A stretch of 64,000 bases of DNA from Candidatus Pacearchaeota archaeon (lineage in GTDB: Archaea > Nanobdellota > Nanobdellia > Pacearchaeales > GW2011-AR1). The notes under the pieces are model-generated. The model was not told the DNA's origin and did no database searches. It saw nothing but the letters and a program-made list of their open reading frames with translations. How positions within the stretch are numbered: the stretch's first letter is position 1; every line of letters starts with the position of its first letter. The DNA is taken from contig JBAZYP010000009.1 of the NCBI GenBank assembly GCA_041659265.1, positions 12,201 through 76,200 on the forward strand, given 5' to 3'. Shown in pieces: positions 1 to 7,843 of this stretch. The position numbers and the translations under genes were made by a program.

Positions 1-1
1 T

Positions 2-226
2 AAATCAAAACCTGGAACAAATCTTACTTTTGATATAAATGAACTTTACAAGATATCTAAAAAGAACAAATATGAGGGTGGAATAATTAAGATAGATAAT
101 GTTGATAATAAGGTTACGGTTACTCTTGTTTCTGGAAAGGGATATTCTTATAGGTTATTTAGTGATAATGATGTTTTATGGGAATTAGATAAAACTGGAG
201 GCAAACTTCATTTGTTTGTAATTTAA
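2..226 (+). CDS. C-terminal fragment of a protein truncated by the window edge (hypothetical)
   Basis: Frame open from position 2 (KSKPGTNLTFDINELYKISKKNKYEGG...LHLFVI*). Its TAA is immediately followed by the ATG of the next gene. Confidence 0.6.
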   Translation, partial: KSKPGTNLTFDINELYKISKKNKYEGGIIKIDNVDNKVTVTLVSGKGYSYRLFSDNDVLWELDKTGGKLHLFVI

Positions 227-691
227 ATGTCAGATAGTACTTATATTTCTCCTGGTCTATTTATAATCTTAGGAATAGTTAGTGTAGGAATTGTCCTAAG
301 TGTAATAATGTTTTTTAGTAATATTGCAGATGTTAGAATTGAAGAATCTAAATCCTTATTAGATCGTGTTGTTGATACCATATCTGATAATGGTTATTTG
401 AAATCTGAAATATTTGAAGAAAATTATAGTCTAATTGAAAATGCAAAATTAAATAATAATCTTTTTGCTGATGGATTTATTTATTTATCTTTAGAAATTT
501 ATAAAATGAATTCCAAAATAAAGGAGATAGATGTAGGAGATAGCGATTATAAAATTCAATGCAGATTAAAAGGAAAACATTATCCAAGATGTTATTATAA
601 GGAATTTATACTCGCAGATAAAAATAATCCTTTAGAAATCTATAAAATAAAGATATTAACTGGATCAAATAATTTGGGGAGTAGTGTATAA
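227..691 (+). CDS. Pilin-like / single-TM small envelope protein
   Basis: 154 aa with a hydrophobic N-terminal helix (SPGLFIILGIVSVGIVLSVIMFF) followed by a hydrophilic domain. Tightly packed in a run of similar genes upstream of a prepilin-peptidase-like gene. Confidence 0.6.
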   Translation: MSDSTYISPGLFIILGIVSVGIVLSVIMFFSNIADVRIEESKSLLDRVVDTISDNGYLKSEIFEENYSLIENAKLNNNLFADGFIYLSLEIYKMNSKIKEIDVGDSDYKIQCRLKGKHYPRCYYKEFILADKNNPLEIYKIKILTGSNNLGSSV

Positions 692-1243
692 ATGTTAAAT
701 AAAAAATCTCAAATAGGTCAAACTCTTACTTTAATTCCTGCAATATTTATAATTTTTTTTATAATGCTTTTATATCTGTTATTTTTTGGATTATTACTTA
801 CTAAAAAATCTGATTATAATGAACAAAATGTTGATATAATTCATGTTCCAATAGATCCTGTTGTTACAAACGTATTTTATTCTTTTTTAAATAGTCATAT
901 AGAATATTTGGGCGAAAATAGAAGCATATATGATTCAATAATTTATTCTATTAATAATCCTAATGAAAAAAATGATAAAGAGCTTATATTTTTAATAAAT
1001 AAAAGGTTAGATTTTTATTGCAATAGATATAGGCTTTTAATTCCTCAGGGTTTTATAGATGAAAAAGGACTCAGAATTCCTACTTATATCGAGAGTCTTG
1101 ATAATTTTGCAGATACAGAGGAGAATCTTGGAAGGTGGACAAGAAGTATAAGTTATAATTTAAAATATAATGAAGAACCAATTGAAATTAAATTTAGAAT
1201 ATTAAAAAGCTGTTTAGGTGAAGGAGAAATTAAAGTTGAATAA
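692..1243 (+). CDS. Pilin-like / single-TM envelope protein
   Basis: 183 aa. MLNKKSQIGQTLTLIPAIFIIFFIMLLYLLFFG: short basic N-terminus plus hydrophobic helix. Start abuts the previous stop. Confidence 0.6.
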   Translation: MLNKKSQIGQTLTLIPAIFIIFFIMLLYLLFFGLLLTKKSDYNEQNVDIIHVPIDPVVTNVFYSFLNSHIEYLGENRSIYDSIIYSINNPNEKNDKELIFLINKRLDFYCNRYRLLIPQGFIDEKGLRIPTYIESLDNFADTEENLGRWTRSISYNLKYNEEPIEIKFRILKSCLGEGEIKVE

Positions 1244-1244
1244 A

Positions 1245-1706
1245 ATGAATAAAAAATCAATGTCAATTTCTATAGTTTTACTTGTAATAATGACATTAGT
1301 ACTTGTTGGAGTTAGTTTAACTTATTTTATTATTAAAGAGAATAATAATCAACAATTACTTCAGGTTTCTAGTAGTATTGATTATCTTTCTATTGAGGAA
1401 AGCCATTTAGATATTACCTTGGATAAGTTATTTTTAGAATCTGTTGTTGGAATCAAAACTCTAGATAGCAAACAGATTTTTATTGATAGATTAAATGAAA
1501 ATATTCCTAAATACCAGGATTATTATTTTTTGAAAAATCTAAATTCAATAAAAGAACAGGTTAAAGAAGAAAATATTGAAATAAATACTGAAGGAATTAA
1601 TTGGAAAGTTGAATTTATTATAGAATCAGTTAAAAATAATCCAAAAAACACGTTAAATGCAAATTATTTATATTCGAGGAAGTTTGAAAAGGTTTTTAAA
1701 GTTTAA
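1245..1706 (+). CDS. Pilin-like small envelope protein
   Basis: MNKKSMSISIVLLVIMTLVLVGVSLTYFII. The track start at 1218 overlaps the previous gene; ATG 1245 directly after that stop is more likely. Confidence 0.6.
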   Translation: MNKKSMSISIVLLVIMTLVLVGVSLTYFIIKENNNQQLLQVSSSIDYLSIEESHLDITLDKLFLESVVGIKTLDSKQIFIDRLNENIPKYQDYYFLKNLNSIKEQVKEENIEINTEGINWKVEFIIESVKNNPKNTLNANYLYSRKFEKVFKV

Positions 1707-1740
1707 TAGGTTTTTAAAATTAAATAGTTTTTATTATGAA

Positions 1741-1746
1741 AGGAGG
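1741..1746 (+). promoter_or_regulatory. Strong Shine-Dalgarno (AGGAGG) for the 1756 gene
   Basis: GAAAGGAGGT ends 8-9 nt upstream of ATG 1756. Confidence 0.7.
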
Positions 1747-1755
1747 TTTATTAAA

Positions 1756-2100
1756 ATGAATAAAAAAGGTGAGGGAGTTAGCATGACTGGAGTTCTAGTT
1801 GCTGTTGTTCTATTAGTAGTTTTAATGGCTATAGTTGTATATGGCTTTACTGTAGGATGGGGCGATTTATGGAACAAAGTTACTGGATTTGGTGGTGGAA
1901 AAGTTAATGTTCAATCTGTAATAGATGCATGCAAGGTATCTTGTTCAACAAATCAAGTTTATGAATATTGCACTAAAACAAGATCTATAACATTTGCTGA
2001 AGCTGGTGAAGCTGAAAAAGGTTTAACATGTAAGACTCTTGAAGCAAGAAGCGCTGGTGCATTAAGTTGTGATACAATAACTTGTCCTGCTCCGGCATAA
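1756..2100 (+). CDS. Small six-cysteine pilin-like protein, candidate major subunit
   Basis: MNKKGEGVSMTGVLVAVVLLVVLMAIVVYG...CKVSCSTNQVYEYC...CKTLEARSAGALSCDTITCPAPA*. Preceded by AGGAGG. The track start at 1657 lies inside the upstream gene and is probably wrong. Confidence 0.7.
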   Translation: MNKKGEGVSMTGVLVAVVLLVVLMAIVVYGFTVGWGDLWNKVTGFGGGKVNVQSVIDACKVSCSTNQVYEYCTKTRSITFAEAGEAEKGLTCKTLEARSAGALSCDTITCPAPA

Positions 2101-2408
2101 TAATATTTTTATTTTTATTTTTTATATATTTTTATTTTTATTAATTAGGAGTTAGAAAAGATTTAAAAATTCTTTTTTGTTTTTAATATTGGAGATTATA
2201 TAAAAAGGGATTAAAAATCTCTTAAGATTTTTAGGATATGCCTAATACTTGAAAAAAAACAATGGATTACGGATATAATGATAGAAGAAAAACAAAGAAT
2301 GACAAGAGAGCTAAATCTAGATATAATAAGTATAAGAAAGGCGGAAGTCTACGAGTTCAAAATAAAGATCGAGATAAAAACTGTTGATATCTAAAAAGAG
2401 GTTTATAT

Positions 2409-3257
2409 ATGGGATTTAATCCTGAATTATTGTTTTTAATTGTACTCGCTTTAATATGGATAATTGGAGCCATATTACAAGATTTAAAACGAAGAGAAGT
2501 AGATAATATCTGGAATTTTTCTTTAATTGCTTTTGCATTATCTTATAGGTTTTTTGTATCTATATTTCAAGAAAATCCCTGGTTTTTTTTTAATGGAATA
2601 ATTGGTTTTTTTGTATTTTTGATCTTAGGAAATGTATTTTATTATTCTAGACTTTTTGCAGGAGGAGATGCAAAACTTTTGATTTCTCTTGGAACTATTT
2701 TACCATTAAGTTATGATTGGATTATAAATGCAAAGATATTTTTGATATTTATAATTGGTTTTCTTGTTTGCGGGTCTATATATGCCTTAAGTTGGTCTTT
2801 AGTTTTAGTAATTTTAAATTTTAAGAGATTTTTTAAGGAATTTGTTAAACAATCTAAAAATTATAAAAGATTTTATTTAATATCTATATTTTTTGCTAGC
2901 ATCTGGATAATTTTAACTTTAATTTTTCTAGATAAAATATTTTTATTTATAGGATTAATTATAGTTTTATTTCCAATTTTATTTGTATTTGCAAAATCTG
3001 TTGAAGAAAGCTGCATGATAATACCCACTAGCCCTTTGAAAGTAACTGAAGGGGACTGGTTATATGAAGATATACTAGTTGGAGATAAAAGAATTAAAGC
3101 AAGTTGGGAAGGAATTTCAAACAAGGAATTAAAATTAATACAAACCAAATATAAGAAAAAAATACTAATAAAACAAGGGATTCCATTTACCCCTAGTTTT
3201 TTATTTGGATTTTTAATAATACTTTTTCTTTTATTTAAAAATAATTTTTATATCTAA
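2409..3257 (+). CDS. Type IV prepilin peptidase-like protein (A24 / GxGD family)
   Basis: Multi-TM protein with D in QDLKRREVDN and the GGDAK motif (FAGGDAKLLISLG), the two aspartate regions expected of A24 peptidases. Confidence 0.8.
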   Translation: MGFNPELLFLIVLALIWIIGAILQDLKRREVDNIWNFSLIAFALSYRFFVSIFQENPWFFFNGIIGFFVFLILGNVFYYSRLFAGGDAKLLISLGTILPLSYDWIINAKIFLIFIIGFLVCGSIYALSWSLVLVILNFKRFFKEFVKQSKNYKRFYLISIFFASIWIILTLIFLDKIFLFIGLIIVLFPILFVFAKSVEESCMIIPTSPLKVTEGDWLYEDILVGDKRIKASWEGISNKELKLIQTKYKKKILIKQGIPFTPSFLFGFLIILFLLFKNNFYI

Positions 3258-3293
3258 CAAATAATTTAAATAACCTCAAAAGCTTATATAATC

Positions 3294-3569
3294 ATGAAAA
3301 AAAAGAGGAGTTTAAACAAGAATCATAATACAAAAGAAATAAATTTTAATAGTACTCTTTATGCACTTAAAATTTCTTCATTAGTTTTATTATTTAGCGT
3401 ATTTTTATTAATTATTACATTGTTTAATCTAGGATTTTCTTTAGATCAGATTTTAAGAACTTTATTTAGAAAACCTAGTGGCAATGATTTTTTAGCAATA
3501 TTTGCAGGTTCTATACTTTTTATTGTTGTACCTTTTGTTTTAGGCGTAAAAGCAAATAATAAATTTTAA
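3294..3569 (+). CDS. Small two-TM membrane protein
   Basis: 91-aa ORF with two hydrophobic segments, downstream of the peptidase. Confidence 0.5.
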   Translation: MKKKRSLNKNHNTKEINFNSTLYALKISSLVLLFSVFLLIITLFNLGFSLDQILRTLFRKPSGNDFLAIFAGSILFIVVPFVLGVKANNKF

Positions 3570-3587
3570 GAATTTTTAGATTAATTT

Positions 3588-4250
3588 TTAAGGTATTCTA
3601 AAATCTTTTATCTTTGGTAATTTTGATATATCTTCTTTATTTGGGATATATTCTATTTCTTTTTCTTTTTCTTGTGTTTTTCTTTTTTTCCTTAGTTTTA
3701 CTTCAAGTTTATCTTGTAAAAGTTTTAATTCATTATCTTCTAATTTAATTTTTTTTAATGGTTCTTTGTAAATGGGTATTATGTTTATCATTGCATGACC
3801 CATAAGATTGGAGGTTTCTATTTTGATATCTTCTGGTTTAAATTTTTTCTTAATTCTATTTGCTATCTTTTGAGATAGGGACATTGCATTTTTTGGTATT
3901 TTTTCTGTTGGTATGTGTTTTAAAGGTAAAACTATTGAATGACCTCTTGACAAGGGGTTTATTTCTAGAATCGCAATAGATTTTTTATTTTCATCTATTT
4001 TATAGGAAGGAACTTCGTTATTTATTATTGAACAAAAGATACATTTTGGAGGACTAGAAGATTTTTCTTTATCTGCAGATTCTTTTTCATTCATCTGAAT
4101 ATTATTTTTTTTAAGAAATTCTTCTAGTTGTTCTTCATTTAAACCTTCTATATATTTTTTTATTTGATCCTTGTTCTCATTAGGAAGGCTTTCTACTTGA
4201 ATTAATAATTGCTTTTTTATATCTTCAGCTTCTTCTTTTGAAAATACCAT
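3588..4250 (-). CDS. HIT-domain-like protein with N-terminal acidic extension and degenerate HIT motif
   Basis: PPKCIFCSIINNEVPSYKIDENKKSIAILEINPLSRGHSIVLPLKHI is the HIT core. The catalytic region reads GHAMINIIPIY instead of HxHxHxx. Confidence 0.8.
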   Translation of the reverse strand: MVFSKEEAEDIKKQLLIQVESLPNENKDQIKKYIEGLNEEQLEEFLKKNNIQMNEKESADKEKSSSPPKCIFCSIINNEVPSYKIDENKKSIAILEINPLSRGHSIVLPLKHIPTEKIPKNAMSLSQKIANRIKKKFKPEDIKIETSNLMGHAMINIIPIYKEPLKKIKLEDNELKLLQDKLEVKLRKKRKTQEKEKEIEYIPNKEDISKLPKIKDFRIP

Positions 4251-4308
4251 TGGCTATATAAGAATAAAAGGGTTTAAAATATTATGGTAGTATCTAATAA
4301 AGTTAATT

Positions 4309-4827
4309 TTATTTTTTATATTTTCTTAAAATAAAATCTGGAGTGTAATTATTTTTTAAATAAAAATTCTGTATATTTTTGGGCAGTAATCTGAATTGAT
4401 CGATTAAACCTCTGCAATTTTTTGAACCACATTTGCATTTACATGTCCATAATCCTCCTCCGGATTTTTTTATTTTTTCTTCATTATCATCCATTGTCGT
4501 AGAATAATCATAGGTAATCTCATCTCCCCTATTTATATCTCTTAATGCTTTTAATTTAGATTTTTTTGAGAGATATGCATTTGGATTACATGAATGATTA
4601 AATGTTCTTGATAGTTCATCTAAATCCAGATATTTTTCATTATCTACACCTAAGGGGTCTGCACCATCTTCAAGATTTTCATCAGTTCTTCTTATCATTT
4701 CATTTAAATCCATTAATTCTCCCCTTAAGAAACAAATTGTTTTTCCTTTTTTAATTGAAATTCTAGCATAAACTCCTTTTCCAGAAATACCTGATTTTTT
4801 AATTATTAAATCTGATTTTTTCACCAT
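4309..4827 (-). CDS. SET-domain protein (putative lysine methyltransferase) with post-SET cysteines
   Basis: Motifs GKGVYARISIKKG, RTFNHSCNPNAYLS, LRDINRGDEITYDY and the post-SET cluster WTCKCKCGSKNCRG. Confidence 0.88.
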   Translation of the reverse strand: MVKKSDLIIKKSGISGKGVYARISIKKGKTICFLRGELMDLNEMIRRTDENLEDGADPLGVDNEKYLDLDELSRTFNHSCNPNAYLSKKSKLKALRDINRGDEITYDYSTTMDDNEEKIKKSGGGLWTCKCKCGSKNCRGLIDQFRLLPKNIQNFYLKNNYTPDFILRKYKK

Positions 4828-4887
4828 AAAATAAAGAAAAGAATAATCTATATAAAAATCTAACTTAAAAATTTATTTTAAAAAAAT

Positions 4888-4971
4888 AAGAATATTAACT
4901 AATTATCCAATTGCTCTACCTCGCAATTGTGTAATCACAATGAAGAATATTAGCTAATTATCCTATCGCTC
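4888..4971. repeat. Two imperfect 29-nt direct repeats (4888-4916 and 4943-4971)
   Basis: AAGAATATTAACTAATTATCCAATTGCTC vs AAGAATATTAGCTAATTATCCTATCGCTC, 26/29 identical. The second copy covers the 3' end of the EF-1beta gene. Confidence 0.75.
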
Positions 4972-5230
4972 GTCTAAAATCTATAACTTCAGCAGAACTT
5001 ACATTTTTGAATTCTTGGATGGCATCAATTGTAGGATCTATTGAGATTTCTTCTTCCCAAGAAATCATTGCAATAACTGCAATAAGGCCAAAAGCAATTG
5101 GTTCTCTTTCAAACTTTATACTTTTACTTCCTTGTTTTTCTAGAAGTTCTCTAGTTTTTGTTTCTATATTATCTAAATCTGCTTGAGGTGAGTCAGGCAT
5201 AATTTTAATTTTAATTAATGCAAGTGCCAT
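4958..5230 (-). CDS. ef1b: Archaeal elongation factor 1-beta
   Basis: MALALIKIKIMPDSPQADLDNIETKTRELL...EREPIAFGLIAVIAMISWEE...VSSAEVIDFRRAIG matches the aEF-1beta family in length and pattern. Confidence 0.9.
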   Translation of the reverse strand: MALALIKIKIMPDSPQADLDNIETKTRELLEKQGSKSIKFEREPIAFGLIAVIAMISWEEEISIDPTIDAIQEFKNVSSAEVIDFRRAIG

Positions 5231-5442
5231 AGCTTAGAAAGGATTATTTTTGTTTATAAAGGTTTCTAATTGCAAATTTTGTTAAGAATTAGTAGATTTT
5301 ATCATTTAATCAATTTTAGAAACAAAATATCTTATTTTAGATATAGAACAATTGCTTAAACTTCCATGTTAAATCTATAGTTTTAAACCACAATCATTAT
5401 AAAGGATATTTTTTTAAAGAGGTTAGGAAAAAGGAGAGATAT

Positions 5443-6375
5443 ATGGACACTAATTATCAATCAGTAATAGATTTTATTTCTGAAAAATCTGGGATTTCTA
5501 AAGAAGAGATTGAAAAGAAGATTGAAGCAAAGCAATCTAAATTAGCAGGGCTTATTTCTAAAGTTGGAGCAGCACAAATTGTTGCAGCTGAACTAAATGT
5601 AAGTTTTGATAAACAGAGTATTAAAATTTCTCAAATTGTTCCTGGAATAAAAAAGATAAATATTACTGGAAAAATTATAACTCTTTTTCCAATAAGGGAA
5701 TATAATAAAAATGGCAGAGCAGGCAGAATTGGCAGTTTTATCTTAGCAGATGAAACAAGCAATGTAAGGGTGGTTTTATGGGATGAAAACCATATTGAAC
5801 TAATCAGCAAGGGAGATATAGCCACTAATAAAGTAATTGATATTGAAAATGCAACATTAAGAAATGGGGAAATTCATTTGACTTCTTTTTCTGAAATAAA
5901 AATTTCCAATAAATCTCTTGATAGTGTAATTGTTGATAAACCTAAGGTGAACAAGAAAATAGCACATTTTAATCCTAATGATAATGTTTTAACAAGAGCA
6001 TTTATTGTTCAATTTTTTGAACCACGTTTTTTTGAAATATGCCCTGCATGCAAAAAAAAGGTCAGTGAAACTAAAGAATGCCTTACACATGGTAAAGTTG
6101 TATCTGAAAGAAGGGCTTTATTAAATTTTGTTATTGATGACGGGACTGAATCTATAAGATCAGTTGTATTTTCTGATCAGATATCTAAAATTATGCCTGG
6201 AATAGATATTTCTGATTCTCAAGCATTTTCATTAAAAAAATCAGATTTACTAGGGAAAGAACTTATAATTCATGGACAGGTAAGAAGAAATACTGTTTAT
6301 AATAATAATGAATTTGTTGTAACTGATTTTGAAGAGATTGATTTAAACAAACTTATTCAAGAACTTGAAAATTAG
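5443..6375 (+). CDS. Replication factor A-like ssDNA-binding protein (OB folds plus zinc motif)
   Basis: KINITGKIITLFPIREYNKNGRAGRIGSFILADETSNVRVVLWD is an RPA-type OB fold. Zn motif CPACKKKVSETKECLTHGK, then a further OB-like fold. Confidence 0.85.
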   Translation: MDTNYQSVIDFISEKSGISKEEIEKKIEAKQSKLAGLISKVGAAQIVAAELNVSFDKQSIKISQIVPGIKKINITGKIITLFPIREYNKNGRAGRIGSFILADETSNVRVVLWDENHIELISKGDIATNKVIDIENATLRNGEIHLTSFSEIKISNKSLDSVIVDKPKVNKKIAHFNPNDNVLTRAFIVQFFEPRFFEICPACKKKVSETKECLTHGKVVSERRALLNFVIDDGTESIRSVVFSDQISKIMPGIDISDSQAFSLKKSDLLGKELIIHGQVRRNTVYNNNEFVVTDFEEIDLNKLIQELEN

Positions 6376-6384
6376 ATTAATAAA

Positions 6385-6534
6385 TCAGTATTCTAGTTTT
6401 TGATACAATCCTTTTCTTGCCCACTCTTTCATAGAGTTTCTATTGAATCCTTTTAGATATCCTAGAACGAACATTTCTTTAGGATCTAAAATCTCATTCA
6501 AAATTTCTATTTCTTCAATTTCTTGTTTATTCAT
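6385..6534 (-). CDS. 49-aa hypothetical protein not in the supplied ORF track
   Basis: MNKQEIEEIEILNEILDPKEMFVLGYLKGFNRNSMKEWARKGLYQKLEY*. Preceded on the minus strand by AAGGAGG (revcomp at about 6540-6546). Confidence 0.65.
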   Translation of the reverse strand: MNKQEIEEIEILNEILDPKEMFVLGYLKGFNRNSMKEWARKGLYQKLEY

Positions 6535-6570
6535 TTTTTCCTCCTTGTTATTTAATATAAAGCGATTAAG

Positions 6571-6774
6571 GTGCTTTATTGTAAATCAGTTAAGATATTA
6601 GCTTATAAAGCAATTAGGAAGGAATTATTCAGAAGAACGATTCATAAGACTTATAAATGGATTTTAATGCCTAATATTATGGTTATTAGCCTATCTATTG
6701 GAGATTTTTATGGAATTGATTCTTTTGTTGAATTATTAATTGTAGTAGTCGCATTGATAATTTTTTTTTTATAG
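6571..6774 (+). CDS. Small membrane protein
   Basis: 67-aa ORF with a C-terminal hydrophobic segment. Confidence 0.3.
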   Translation: MLYCKSVKILAYKAIRKELFRRTIHKTYKWILMPNIMVISLSIGDFYGIDSFVELLIVVVALIIFFL

Positions 6775-6865
6775 CAGAAAAGTATACAAAATAATTAATA
6801 ATAAAAATTATAAATATTTTTCATTCGCATTTTTATCAATCGCAATAGCTTATATTTTTAAGATA

Positions 6866-7423
6866 TTGTCCAATTTAACAATAAAACATGTACTTATAAT
6901 AGAAAAAGCTAATCTCATATTTACTTTTACTTCTCAGATGAGATATATGGAAGCTATTAATTTTTTTAGTTATATGTTTTATAAAACTTTTAGTGTTATT
7001 GGATTTTTGATATTATTTTTAATTTTAACTAAGACTGATAAAAAGGAAAAGGTTTTTATGTTTTTTTATATGAGTCTTATTGTTGTATTTTTTAGTGTAT
7101 ATTATAATTTTATTTTTCATATGACTCTTATACTTATCCTTGTATTTTTAACTGAACATTATTATAGAAACTATTGCAAATTCAAATCTTTTAATAGCCG
7201 ACTTGTATTTTTTGCATTTTCGATAATTTTAATATCACAAATAATTTTTGTTCTTTCAGTTATCTTTTCAAAGTTTTATAGTGTGTTTTACTTATTTGGT
7301 GAAATACTTTTACTTATAGGATTTTTTTGTCTTTTAATAAATCAGATCAAATTAAAAAATGAAACAAAAACGAACAAGATTAGAAGTCGTAAGAGATCTT
7401 TTAGAAGTGCTTCAAAAAAATAG
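6866..7423 (+). CDS. Multi-TM membrane protein
   Basis: 185 aa, several hydrophobic helices, basic C-terminus overlapping the next gene. Confidence 0.5.
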   Translation: MSNLTIKHVLIIEKANLIFTFTSQMRYMEAINFFSYMFYKTFSVIGFLILFLILTKTDKKEKVFMFFYMSLIVVFFSVYYNFIFHMTLILILVFLTEHYYRNYCKFKSFNSRLVFFAFSIILISQIIFVLSVIFSKFYSVFYLFGEILLLIGFFCLLINQIKLKNETKTNKIRSRKRSFRSASKK

Positions 7424-7628
7424 ACAAGTGAAAATAACTCACTTAATCTATAAAGCAAATCTTTCTAACAATAGTATCAAACCTTATTTAGAAGATCTTT
7501 TGAAAAATAAATTAATGGAGCAATATAGCGAAGAAGATAATCGATATTTTAGATTAACAAAAAAGGGACAGGAATTTTTACAAGAATTCAATAAGATAAA
7601 GATTTTCTCAGAGAGTTATGGATTATAA
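7359..7628 (+). CDS. Winged-helix transcriptional regulator (archaeal ArnR1/HTH_45-like)
   Basis: RTRLEVVRDLLEVLQKNRQVKITHLIYKANLSNNSIKPYLEDLLKNKLMEQ...RYFRLTKKGQEFLQEF. Confidence 0.8.
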   Translation: MKQKRTRLEVVRDLLEVLQKNRQVKITHLIYKANLSNNSIKPYLEDLLKNKLMEQYSEEDNRYFRLTKKGQEFLQEFNKIKIFSESYGL

Positions 7629-7633
7629 AACAT

Positions 7634-7760
7634 TCGCTATAAGCGAGATAAGAATGATTCGCAATCTAAAATTAATTTAGATTGCTCATTTAATAAGATT
7701 TTAAGAAATTCTAAATGGTATTAAGAAATTAATTTATAATAGATTCTATCGCATAAGCGA
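7634..7760. repeat. Cluster of inverted repeats upstream of radA
   Basis: TCGCT-ATA-AGCGA (7634-7646), GCAATCTAAA-ATTAA-TTTAGATTGC (7661-7685, 10 bp perfect), TCGC-ATAA-GCGA (7749-7760). Confidence 0.7.
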
Positions 7761-7843
7761 GATAATCTTATGTTTATTGTTTTTTTTCATAATATATAAC
7801 CCAGAGGGGTAATCCTTATAAAGAAATTCATTTTTTAGTTAAG

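Noticed and set aside
2873-3148. Minus-strand ORF 91 aa
   Set aside because: Antisense to the A24-like prepilin peptidase.
5631-5825. Minus-strand ORF 64 aa
   Set aside because: Antisense to the OB-fold domain of the RPA-like gene.
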